A DNA stretch of 64,000 nucleotides from a virus (lineage: Duplodnaviria > Caudoviricetes): the IMG/VR virus record IMGVR_UViG_2061766007_000342, positions 96,001 to 160,000 of that record. One strand, written 5' to 3'. Under the pieces are notes generated by a model. The model worked only from the letters and a program-made list of their open reading frames with translations, did no database searches and had not been told where the DNA came from. Each line of letters starts with the position of its first letter. Within the stretch, counting starts at the first letter, position 1. Both the position numbers and the translations under genes were made by a program. Positions 49,750-59,603 of the stretch are shown here, one piece after another.

Positions 49750-52700
49750 ATGATGGACAATATGAAACCTGTTGATGCTGTCAAGTTCACGTATAGTAGT
49801 GGATTTAAAGAAACATGTGAATCCTTGATGAAGACATTTGACCATAGCATGGAAGAACTTCACAAGGTAGTCACTGGAAGAACAACTGCACCAGATGAAT
49901 ATGCAGTTTGTAATTCCGAATACAAATTCCGTTATATCAGTCCCGAGAACATTGCTGAATATGTATCAAATTTAATCAAGGTATTGGAGATGCAGATGAT
50001 CGGTCCAAACGTAACCGATGTTGAAAGGTTCTCAGTAGAAAGTGCTTGTAGATTCGTTGGTGAGAATGATTGTGATCCATTTAAGTGGGGAACGATTAAT
50101 GCCAATGGAACATATACAAGAGATGATATGGGACTGAATGATTTAGTTGTATACTGTCAGAATGAATTTTTTGAACATGTAACGCTGAATCGTTTTGAAA
50201 TGAATAAGCGTCGTGAATTCATCAAGAAGGATTATGACAAGTTAAATGGGATTCATTTCTCTGCGAATGTTCGTAAAATGATCGATGCAATTCCGAACTT
50301 AATCAAGAAGACGAACTTTGTGAATATGGAATACACAGAACGACGCGCCATTGAAACATTCGTCGAGAATTTTGTATTGTTTGCAATTACATTGAACATT
50401 GCAACATGTGCTTCAATGATCATGTACTGTGTTCCTAGAAGTACCTATAACACTGCATTACAACATCATCCCATGAAGGTTGATGATAATTCATTACTTG
50501 ACAATGAATACTTCAAAGAGAGTGTTGACACAACTGCAAACAAACCTGTCTATGTTCTTGTAATGGATACTCACTCCAAAACAAGTATCCCGATTAAAGC
50601 ATGGACTCATTCCAAGTATATGCATGCTTCATTATCATTGGATCCAAATCTGGATCATATGTATTCATTCACCATTCGTAAAGATGGTTTCACTGTGGAG
50701 GATCTTCGTCATGAGCCAGAATTCTCCAAGGCAGAAGGTGCAATTTATGCTGCATATGTAACCAATCAACAGTTCTCCAAATTAAAGCATTATCTGGAGA
50801 AGATGGAGAAAGAAACCAAAAAATCCGATGGTGAAAATACTGCATACAATTGGGATTTAATTAAAAACATCTTAACATTTAAAGATGTAAATGATTCTGA
50901 TGATTACCATCAGATTTGTACATCATTTGTCAATAATATCTTCAAGGTAATTGATGTGACATTGACAGATAAGAATATTGCAACTGCAGAGGATATTCAT
51001 AAATCATGCGTATTGAAATCTGATCAGTTCTTCAAGGTGTTTGATGGTAAACTGACACTTGCAGATCCGGAAGATATCAAACGCAATGTTGAAATGAATG
51101 CTCACAAGGCAGAGTCCAAAACAATCAATGAATATGTCACCGAGTGTTGTCTGTTAAAGACAAATAACATTGTATGCAAGAACAAGATCCCATTCAATAT
51201 CAATATGAGGGACATTGTTCTTCAAGATATGCATCCAAACTTCAAGGATACTGTATCTGCAATCAATTTCATTATGAAAGATACACGTTCTCCATTTGCA
51301 CATCTGATCTGGAAATATGGTTCAATCAATCTTGATAATCAGAAGATCAATCCAGACATGATCGTTCGTATGTTCCTCGGACATCCGTGTTGTGCATGTG
51401 ATACGTTCTCGAACTATGCTAAAATGTACAATGACATTGATTTCCATACGGATGTCAATTGGCTTGACAAGATCACATACGGTGATATTTATCAATCTTC
51501 CAATTATCGCGCTGATGCTATGGGTAATGATCATAAACATCCGATCCAGATTACATTGGAAATGTTGTATAAAATGTATGGTGATCGTCGTTGCAAGACC
51601 AACCAAGATCTTGCGGATAATATCGAAATTGTTGGTGACGCAATGATTGGTATTGCACGCATCTACAAGGATTGTGGTATTGAGAACTGGGAATTGGTAC
51701 GTGATATCTTGGCTGTATTTGGTGAGATCATGACCAAGTGCATGATTCGTTTGTATAATAATCATATGGCAATCATTGTTGTATCTGATGATATGGACGA
51801 TACCATGATTCCTGGTTATATGTACACGGAATCATTTGTCATGGAAGCAGATAATACCAAACCAACTGTAACGGTTACAAACAAAGACGCTGTATCCAAT
51901 AAAGGTAACTCTACTGGAAAGCAGTTATTTGCCAAGGGTAAAGAATTCTTAAAGCAATCATTAACAAAGTTTTCTGGTTGGGTAACAGATGCATTGGCAA
52001 AGGTTCCTCAGAAGTTTGTAGATGTCCATAAGGCAGAATCAAACTGGATCGCGAAACATAAGGATCTTTCATCAAAGATCGGTACTGAGATTGGTTCTGC
52101 ATTTTCACCACATGTTGAGAACTGGCCTGCATACAAGATTCCGTTGAATGAATTGACAAGTGCCAATGTTAGCATCAAGAATGTTATCGACAAATATGTT
52201 CAGAACCCTTCACAGAACTTCGATGCGAATACAATTCGTAAAGAATTCTACGATCAGTTCCCTGCATTAAAGGGTCAAATTCAAGTTGGTGATCCCAATA
52301 AAGAAGCTGAAGCAATCTCCAATTATGTTTTGTACAGTAATCCAAATGTTACAAATGAAGAGAAATTCTTGAAGCTTCAACCTGGTGATCAAGCATCATG
52401 GCAGTCTGCATGGAATAATCTGTGCAATGATATTGAAAAGACGCCCGATGCATTAAAGACTGCTGCTAAAAAGATCAGCGACGATTTAAACCAAGCTTCT
52501 AAGGACGTTCTCGGTCAAGTCAATAAGCTTAAAGAGAATAAGTCTACTGAACAAAAGACTGAAACCAAACAAGAGTCTTATGCTGATTCTGTTGTGAACT
52601 ATGGTGATTTGTTTACTGAAGCTGAAACGGATACACCTCCGGCACAAACTGATGAAGGATCCAATAAGACTACAGCAAACGCTCAAACTTCTACAACAAA

Positions 52701-53004
52701 TTCTAACACAACAAACGGTCTGTCAGAAACACAGTTAACAACAATGAACAATGCATTGACTGAACTGTCTAAAGTATGGGCTGTGAATACGATCAATGCT
52801 TTGGCAAATAAGTTCTACAGAACTTCGTACAATCTGTATCGCGACTTGGTAAATGCATATCAACAGTCTGGTGGTAAGTTCACTGATCAGCAACAACAGA
52901 CTCAGAATAATGCTAATAATACAGAAACACCACAGACTGCTGAAGAAGTTGTAGACAGTGCAGCCGATTCATCACAACCACAAGGTCAGTCTAGTAATCA
53001 ATAA
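49750..53004 (+). CDS. large putative virion protein containing a permuted papain-like (NlpC/P60 superfamily, YaeF/YiiX-like) domain
   Basis: SKYMHASLSLD...MYSF...YNW...QICTSFV, with His preceding Cys; flanked by FKES and VMEA motifs; late-type motif 49675-49688. Confidence 0.65.
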   Translation: MMDNMKPVDAVKFTYSSGFKETCESLMKTFDHSMEELHKVVTGRTTAPDEYAVCNSEYKFRYISPENIAEYVSNLIKVLEMQMIGPNVTDVERFSVESACRFVGENDCDPFKWGTINANGTYTRDDMGLNDLVVYCQNEFFEHVTLNRFEMNKRREFIKKDYDKLNGIHFSANVRKMIDAIPNLIKKTNFVNMEYTERRAIETFVENFVLFAITLNIATCASMIMYCVPRSTYNTALQHHPMKVDDNSLLDNEYFKESVDTTANKPVYVLVMDTHSKTSIPIKAWTHSKYMHASLSLDPNLDHMYSFTIRKDGFTVEDLRHEPEFSKAEGAIYAAYVTNQQFSKLKHYLEKMEKETKKSDGENTAYNWDLIKNILTFKDVNDSDDYHQICTSFVNNIFKVIDVTLTDKNIATAEDIHKSCVLKSDQFFKVFDGKLTLADPEDIKRNVEMNAHKAESKTINEYVTECCLLKTNNIVCKNKIPFNINMRDIVLQDMHPNFKDTVSAINFIMKDTRSPFAHLIWKYGSINLDNQKINPDMIVRMFLGHPCCACDTFSNYAKMYNDIDFHTDVNWLDKITYGDIYQSSNYRADAMGNDHKHPIQITLEMLYKMYGDRRCKTNQDLADNIEIVGDAMIGIARIYKDCGIENWELVRDILAVFGEIMTKCMIRLYNNHMAIIVVSDDMDDTMIPGYMYTESFVMEADNTKPTVTVTNKDAVSNKGNSTGKQLFAKGKEFLKQSLTKFSGWVTDALAKVPQKFVDVHKAESNWIAKHKDLSSKIGTEIGSAFSPHVENWPAYKIPLNELTSANVSIKNVIDKYVQNPSQNFDANTIRKEFYDQFPALKGQIQVGDPNKEAEAISNYVLYSNPNVTNEEKFLKLQPGDQASWQSAWNNLCNDIEKTPDALKTAAKKISDDLNQASKDVLGQVNKLKENKSTEQKTETKQESYADSVVNYGDLFTEAETDTPPAQTDEGSNKTTANAQTSTTNSNTTNGLSETQLTTMNNALTELSKVWAVNTINALANKFYRTSYNLYRDLVNAYQQSGGKFTDQQQQTQNNANNTETPQTAEEVVDSAADSSQPQGQSSNQ

Positions 53005-53022
53005 GAAAGGAGCGATAACATC

Positions 53023-55152
53023 ATGAAGAAATATACCAAAGAAGAGATTGAGAAAGTCATTAATGAGTCTCCTGACATGATCAGTGCTTTGGAAGCTGTT
53101 GGTGCAATGTATGGTATTCCATCTACAAACATGATGGCTCAACCCGGATTGAAAACGATTCGGGTTGAGGGAGATACCATTACTGCTCCAGCTGATGCAA
53201 AACCCAATACCAAAGCAATTGTATGTGCAATTGGTGCGGTACTTGATCAGATCTCACAGCGTGTCAATGATAAACTGGATAACTATCAATCGAAAAACAT
53301 CGTCAAGGGACAGATCGATGACAAAGTATCGCAGATGTCAAACCCCAGTAAGGGTAAAGTCATCAGTCATCATACATTGAGTGATGGCTCTGAAATCATC
53401 GTATATGATTCCGGTTTAGTAGATATGCCTCATACGGATGAAGCTCGTATGAAGATTGCTGAATTACGTGCAAATGGTGAAATCCCCGAAGCGAATACAC
53501 GTCCATTCAATGATGCAAAGGAATATGTGAAACCCGGCTACTTCTCTAAGGAAGATGATATTGCATTAACTCCCGAAGAGTTACGTAAGTATTCCTCTAA
53601 TGATCCGACACCGATCGACATTGCTGATGAGATTGATGAATCAGATATGCATTTGGAGATGTGTGCTCGATATGGCGATACGGATCACTTGGGTTATGAT
53701 ATCTTCCAAGAGATGGGATTTGACTTTATTCGTATCACAGAATCATTCGTCAATGAAACTGCTAAAAATAAAAAGAATGAAATCACATCTGCAGATATCA
53801 AGCATATGAAGTTTGATAACAAAGAAATCACCAAAGCAATTCAATGCTTTAATATTGCACGTAATGAGCAAAGCAAGCTTGGTAAGGGTAAGTTTGATAT
53901 CAAACAATTCATCGAACATCCTAAATACAAAGAGGGTGTTCGTCACTTGGAGAACCAGTTTGATTGCCAATTGGCAATCTGGTGGAGACATGATGACGAC
54001 GAGCCGGATTCAAATCAAGCATTTACTGGGATCTATTATGATATGCTTGCACAGAAGCTTACCATTTCTAAGAGTAAGGGCTTCCAGCTTGGTGGACTTC
54101 CCATTCAGATCCATATCATCAACAAAGCAATTGATGAAGAGATGACAAAGAAAGCCAATACAAAGTTATTTGGACAATTTATGTGTGCTACCTTGTGCCA
54201 TGAAATTTTCCATAACATTGCAAATGCATTACGATTGAACAATGGTATGTTTGCATTTACATTGACATCTGCTATGTCTTTAGCAGAAGGAACAGATGAC
54301 ATTAAGAAGAAACGTGCTATCTTCAATCAGTATGCTCTTACATTACAGAAATCTACCAAGGGTCCGATCAATGCATTACAGCGTAAGAAGCTTGTTGATG
54401 ATTTGTGTAAAGCATCTGCAATTGCAACGAACGCAAAAGCATTAAATGAATTACAATCCAGCATTAATACGGATTCAAATGCTGCTTCTGCAGAAATTGA
54501 TCGGTTGATTAATGCGCTTCAGCGTAAATATGATGACAATATTAAGATTCATGAGAAGCTGATGAAGAAGGGTAAAAAATTTAATCCGAAATCATCATCT
54601 GCAATGTTGGTCATTGGAGTAATTCTGACATGTACAATCATCGGTATGCCGATTGGTATTCCAATGATTCTAAACTCCAGTGATCTGGCATATGCTTACA
54701 TGAATAAGTATAACTCATATCTCAAGAATCCTAACAAGGAAGAATACTATTGTGATCTGTTTGCAGCAATGTATAATCTTCCGATTAGTTTCACAATTGG
54801 TGAAAAGAAACGTGAGTATACTGCAAATGATGCACGTTCTGATGCACAACTTCAGAAGCTTGTAACGATCGAATCCAAGGTTTACACATTATTCCAATCT
54901 AAGTATCCGACATTGAGTGAGCGTAATCACACTGCTTATACAACTGCAAAGAATATTCTTGATAGTGGTGTAAAACTCCCCAAGGAGTATAAGGAATATT
55001 GTGATTGGATTGTCAAGAACTATTCTAGGATGGAGAAGACTGATATCGATACCAATTATCGTTCTCAGTCATTTGATCCAAATGAAGCGAAGGATCTTGA
55101 TAAACACTTACAGAATCTGATTGACAATAACAATATTGCTTTAACGAAATAA
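53023..55152 (+). CDS. zincin (M48-like) metallopeptidase-domain protein
   Basis: CHEIFH (HExxH), EEYYCDLFA (third ligand), YPTLSER and a hydrophobic segment MLVIGVILTCTIIGMPIGIPMIL. Confidence 0.75.
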   Translation: MKKYTKEEIEKVINESPDMISALEAVGAMYGIPSTNMMAQPGLKTIRVEGDTITAPADAKPNTKAIVCAIGAVLDQISQRVNDKLDNYQSKNIVKGQIDDKVSQMSNPSKGKVISHHTLSDGSEIIVYDSGLVDMPHTDEARMKIAELRANGEIPEANTRPFNDAKEYVKPGYFSKEDDIALTPEELRKYSSNDPTPIDIADEIDESDMHLEMCARYGDTDHLGYDIFQEMGFDFIRITESFVNETAKNKKNEITSADIKHMKFDNKEITKAIQCFNIARNEQSKLGKGKFDIKQFIEHPKYKEGVRHLENQFDCQLAIWWRHDDDEPDSNQAFTGIYYDMLAQKLTISKSKGFQLGGLPIQIHIINKAIDEEMTKKANTKLFGQFMCATLCHEIFHNIANALRLNNGMFAFTLTSAMSLAEGTDDIKKKRAIFNQYALTLQKSTKGPINALQRKKLVDDLCKASAIATNAKALNELQSSINTDSNAASAEIDRLINALQRKYDDNIKIHEKLMKKGKKFNPKSSSAMLVIGVILTCTIIGMPIGIPMILNSSDLAYAYMNKYNSYLKNPNKEEYYCDLFAAMYNLPISFTIGEKKREYTANDARSDAQLQKLVTIESKVYTLFQSKYPTLSERNHTAYTTAKNILDSGVKLPKEYKEYCDWIVKNYSRMEKTDIDTNYRSQSFDPNEAKDLDKHLQNLIDNNNIALTK

Positions 55153-55159
55153 CAAAAAA

Positions 55160-55183
55160 GAACCCCCGCATATGCGGGGGTTC
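55160..55183. terminator. palindromic terminator between convergent genes
   Basis: gaacccccgcatatgcgggggttc with an upstream A run. Confidence 0.8.
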
Positions 55184-55200
55184 CTTGTTAACATTGTTTG

Positions 55201-56016
55201 TTATCTGGTAGCAGCAGTAATCTGGCGTTTCGAAACCGAAACACCGCATTCCTTCATGATAACGCGAGCGATGTCACGTTCTCCCATGTTCTTGGCATAA
55301 CGGACGATCGCATAAACATCCTTGCTGTCAGGATTACGACGAGACTTCTTCACATTGAAGATCTGGTACATGGTGATGTCATCGATCTTCATCTGCAGTA
55401 CATTGTGAGTCTTAGCGATATCGTCCTTGCATGCACGTAACGTGGTATCGATAATGCACTTTAACTGTGCATCATAGTTCATTGCTTCCCAATCTACATC
55501 GGAGACATGAACCGGCTTCGGAAGCACACCGTCATAGGAGATAGAAACAGTAGCATTGGATTCTTTGTTGACAGAATCATTGAAAGCCTGGAGATCCGCC
55601 TCACTGAACTCACTATCTTCGGATACAACTACTGTCGGATCAACTAACGGAAGCTGCTCCTCCTTAACTGTTGCAGCTTTGGACGATTCATTCTTGTTCT
55701 TAGTCTTTTCAACAACAGGTTTCTCAACCGTCTTCGGCTTGGGAGTGACAATCTCAAACTTCTTCTCCATAACCGGAAGAGACTCGTTTGTGGGAGTCAC
55801 TCTGATGGGAGTATCACGTACATCTAACATACGGCACACCTTATTGAACTTGGGTGCAGAATCAGGATCCAACACCTCAAGTACAATACGGATCTTGTCC
55901 GTTGTCAGGCAGCTGTCGGTCAGCTGCTTTGAGAATTCTTCGACCATGGAATCGATCATATCGACCGTATCCATAATCTTTCCTACATGTTCGATACTTT
56001 CTTGCATCTTGTTCAT
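55201..56016 (-). CDS. hypothetical protein, paralog of 56040-57266
   Basis: Shares VL.VLDPD and DIT...FNVK blocks with the upstream gene; AAGGAGG SD. Confidence 0.7.
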   Translation of the reverse strand: MNKMQESIEHVGKIMDTVDMIDSMVEEFSKQLTDSCLTTDKIRIVLEVLDPDSAPKFNKVCRMLDVRDTPIRVTPTNESLPVMEKKFEIVTPKPKTVEKPVVEKTKNKNESSKAATVKEEQLPLVDPTVVVSEDSEFSEADLQAFNDSVNKESNATVSISYDGVLPKPVHVSDVDWEAMNYDAQLKCIIDTTLRACKDDIAKTHNVLQMKIDDITMYQIFNVKKSRRNPDSKDVYAIVRYAKNMGERDIARVIMKECGVSVSKRQITAATR

Positions 56017-56039
56017 TGTAATGAACCTCCTTCATATAT

Positions 56040-57266
56040 TTAAGAGACTGCAGTATTTGCCTGCAGTCTCTTATAATCATCATAGTCCTGATTGTACTGG
56101 ATGATCTCCTCACGAGTGATGGTAACACCAAGCTCCTTATTGAGAATATCCATAATCTCGGACGGCTTTACAATACCAGCAGAACGCTGGAGATTGACAC
56201 AAATAACACGGACGTCATTGTCAGTTACTGTTGCAATCTTCCGCTTTACCTTGAAACAATCCAAGATTGTAACAGGATATGGTGTCGCACGGAAGTGCAG
56301 AAATGTCTGTAACGTGTGTAGTTCCAAACGCTTCAAGACGTGAGCGATCTTGTCATCATCATCCGACATATCGGAAGGACGACGTACAACCGGTGAACCA
56401 CCTTCACGTGCAACACAACCATTCTTCCGTGCAAGCTTCCGAATGACATGGAACTGTGTTGCATCAATGATGATGTCACATTTGTCTCTCATGACACGAG
56501 AGATTGCTGGAATGTCATAGTTGTATGTCGGAGCGATCGAACGAACAACAACGGAAATGTCGTCCGTCTTGATGGGCTGACGCCGTGCTTCGGCATCATA
56601 CTTAACGTTGAACACATCAAAGATGGTTATGTCATGATTCTTTGCATTGACAACATCAAATGCACGACGGATGGAACCACGCTCGGAATCCAGTGTTCCC
56701 TTGATATATGCTGTTACATCAGCAGAAGGCATAACGATTCCAAGAATCGGTACATCTTCTTCTTTCTCTACTTCGGTTGTCTTTGTGACAGCACCTTCAA
56801 CGAGAATGAACTCACGTCCATCCTTGGTGAAGTAATTATCCGTAATATCAGTCCACTTGGACTTGTTGCGGATATTCGACAGCACATACTTGGTTACCTT
56901 GATACCATTAGCAGCACAATAATCCAATGTAGACTGGTAACCAAATCCACATTCTATCATTGCCCTACAGATGGCATCGATGTCATAAGTGTCGGCTACT
57001 GTTGTTTGCTGGATCCCATTGTCTTCGTTAGGTGTTGCTTCAACTGATGTAATGGTAGGGATATTGATTTCTGTGATGATTGATGTAACAGGCATCATCA
57101 GATTCGCGATGTTGTCCATTTTCGTAACAACATCAGGATCCAATACACTCAGTACGGATCTGACATCGTTGACGGTGATATCATTACCGTCTAACTCGGA
57201 AATAGCTTCGGTCATGTCATTGACCACCTGAGAGAAACGAGAGATTACTTCAAACTTTGCATTCAT
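56040..57266 (-). CDS. hypothetical (possibly early) protein with a repeated helical domain
   Basis: ATG 57266 after an AAGGAGG SD; two T(I/M)..(V/C)F.VK repeats. Confidence 0.7.
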   Translation of the reverse strand: MNAKFEVISRFSQVVNDMTEAISELDGNDITVNDVRSVLSVLDPDVVTKMDNIANLMMPVTSIITEINIPTITSVEATPNEDNGIQQTTVADTYDIDAICRAMIECGFGYQSTLDYCAANGIKVTKYVLSNIRNKSKWTDITDNYFTKDGREFILVEGAVTKTTEVEKEEDVPILGIVMPSADVTAYIKGTLDSERGSIRRAFDVVNAKNHDITIFDVFNVKYDAEARRQPIKTDDISVVVRSIAPTYNYDIPAISRVMRDKCDIIIDATQFHVIRKLARKNGCVAREGGSPVVRRPSDMSDDDDKIAHVLKRLELHTLQTFLHFRATPYPVTILDCFKVKRKIATVTDNDVRVICVNLQRSAGIVKPSEIMDILNKELGVTITREEIIQYNQDYDDYKRLQANTAVS

Positions 57267-57545
57267 TGCAAATTCCTCCTTAAGATGTTTTGATTTTGTT
57301 AAATAAACATTGATTATAAAACAGCCACACTGAGTGAATACACGATTGATGTATTGGTACTGCATCAATCTTGGTCGGGTTTCGGATGAGTTTCAATTAA
57401 TCAAATGCGATTATTCACAAATGATGATACTACCATTAGTATCGGGGATGTAGATTTCTCCCATGAGTTATCACCTCCAATGTAATATTTGCATTTTCAA
57501 CTTGGTGTGGTTGTTCATATTAATTATATAAATACATAAAGATGA

Positions 57546-57567
57546 AATCCCCCAAACATGGGGGATT
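57546..57567. other. hairpin between divergent promoter-like motifs
   Basis: aatccccca-aaca-tgggggatt, flanked by the early-type motif (-) and the late-type motif (+). Confidence 0.6.
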
Positions 57568-57616
57568 CATAATTTGACGTTTCTTTAACTTTTAATCCAT
57601 AAAGGAGTGATTCATA

Positions 57617-59563
57617 ATGGCTGAACAACAACAGACATCAAACACTGCAATGATTAAAACTGCAGTTGATCGTATTTTACAAACTGACGCAGATAAGTTG
57701 ACAAAGACTTTCTTGGAGGAAATGTTTGCAGGTTATCATGATAGGGAAACGGGACGTTTCATGCCACCAAACTTCAAACCCACAATGAAGTTCACATTAA
57801 CCAAAGACATGTATCCATATGTCAAAGAACCCACAGAAACGACACTTGGTAAGTTAATCATGAATCGTTATTTGTTGGAACGAACTGGTGCAATCAAGTT
57901 CATTGGTTATTGGAATAAACCAATTAACAAGAAAGCATTGGAAGCATTGAACACCGAAATCAATAATCTCGTTGTAAATGATCAATTGACAACGACCGAT
58001 CTGTGTAATTATATTGACTCACGTGATCGATTGGGATTTTGGTGTGCTGCATTCTTATCAGTATCTATTACACCTGCATTATTGGCTCCTATGGATAATG
58101 TCAATAAACGTAAAGCAGAATTGTTTAAACAATATAAAGCAGAATTGACATCCGACAATCCCGTTATACAAGTTATGACAACTAACAAGATTGAGAAAGA
58201 GCTCATGGGGATTGTTCGTGAGAACTTATCACATGATACCGGTTATGATTTGTATGCCTCCGGAGATGGTAATTTGGACAATAACTACAAAACCATCAAT
58301 GTCATGCGTGGTGCTGTATATAATAACATCTCCAAGAAGTATTCCGTTGTTGACCACTCACTGATGCAAGGTATTACCAAATATGATATTCCCGCATTTG
58401 CAAACTCCGTTGTTGCTGCAGCATATCCTTCTGCAGTTGGTACTGCTGATGCAGGTTATACGTCCAAGATTATCATGGCATTATTACAGTCGGAAAGTAT
58501 TAATCCAAATCCAGAATCCGATTGTGGAACAGAATCCACGATTCCGGTTATGGTTACAAAGCGCAATAAACAATACCTCATATTCCGTTATATCAAAGAA
58601 GGAAAGAATAAGAAGTTAACGACATTACACAACATCGATGATTATGTTGGTAAAGTCATTAATCTGTATTCACCACAGTGTTGTTGTAATGATCCAATCT
58701 GTGGTAAGTGCGCTGGACGTGTATTCTATAATCTGGGTGTAACTCGTATTGGTCTGTTGAGTTCTCAGATTACACAGAAGATGTTGAATATTAAACTGAA
58801 ATCAAAGCATGACTTGTCACAGAATGCAGGTATTGTTCCTCACGAGATGACATTCTTGGATGCATCTAAATTGTATGAAGTAACACCTGATGGTTATTTA
58901 AAAACAAATGCGAATTTGAAGCTGTTTATTCCCAAGATGACAGAGGAAATGTTCAATAACTATGAACGTGAAGCAACATCCGTATCAACGTTTGGTGTTA
59001 TGCCTGCAAAGTTCTATGATAAGAATGGTAATGTTGTACAATCTACATTATTGATTATTCCTGCTCAAGTGGATCTGAAGTTGTATGAAGAACCACAAGA
59101 GACGCAAGATAACATTATCATCTCATATGAACCTGGAGCAATTGTTACATCATTGAGTATGCAGAAGAATATCAAGAATGTTGAATACTTCATCAACAAC
59201 ATTTACTTGAATTCCAAAGTACCGTTAATTCCGTATAAGCTGATGACAGATATGATGTTCCGTTGTTTGGAATTAAATGGTATGGACTTGACTGGTCCGT
59301 CTATTACATATGAACTGTTGGCACGACGTGTATGCAGAATCGGTGATACCAATAAACCATTTGCATATGCATATGGTAAACAACCTGGTATCGATCAGAT
59401 GTCTTATACGAAACTGGCATTCCGTGAAGCTGTACAACGTGCTGGTGTACTTCAAGGTGTACTATTCCAAGATATTTCTAATTCCATGAACATCGGTTTG
59501 GCACAAACGTTGAATGGTGAACAACCAACGTTTACACCACTGGAGGAATTGATCCGAGTATAA
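57617..59563 (+). CDS. RNA polymerase beta' C-terminal half (probably virion RNAP)
   Basis: TTLGKLIMN, bridge-helix TADAGYTSK, DCGT, SPQCC...ICGKCAG zinc site, trigger-loop-like TQKMLNIKLKSKH; late-type motif 57576-57589. Confidence 0.9.
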   Translation: MAEQQQTSNTAMIKTAVDRILQTDADKLTKTFLEEMFAGYHDRETGRFMPPNFKPTMKFTLTKDMYPYVKEPTETTLGKLIMNRYLLERTGAIKFIGYWNKPINKKALEALNTEINNLVVNDQLTTTDLCNYIDSRDRLGFWCAAFLSVSITPALLAPMDNVNKRKAELFKQYKAELTSDNPVIQVMTTNKIEKELMGIVRENLSHDTGYDLYASGDGNLDNNYKTINVMRGAVYNNISKKYSVVDHSLMQGITKYDIPAFANSVVAAAYPSAVGTADAGYTSKIIMALLQSESINPNPESDCGTESTIPVMVTKRNKQYLIFRYIKEGKNKKLTTLHNIDDYVGKVINLYSPQCCCNDPICGKCAGRVFYNLGVTRIGLLSSQITQKMLNIKLKSKHDLSQNAGIVPHEMTFLDASKLYEVTPDGYLKTNANLKLFIPKMTEEMFNNYEREATSVSTFGVMPAKFYDKNGNVVQSTLLIIPAQVDLKLYEEPQETQDNIIISYEPGAIVTSLSMQKNIKNVEYFINNIYLNSKVPLIPYKLMTDMMFRCLELNGMDLTGPSITYELLARRVCRIGDTNKPFAYAYGKQPGIDQMSYTKLAFREAVQRAGVLQGVLFQDISNSMNIGLAQTLNGEQPTFTPLEELIRV

Positions 59564-59571
59564 AAAATAAC

Positions 59572-59594
59572 ACCCGCCCCGTGATGGGGCGGGT
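59572..59594. terminator. hairpin between convergent genes
   Basis: acccgcccc-gtgat-ggggcgggt. Confidence 0.75.
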
Positions 59595-59603
59595 ATCAAT
59601 GAA

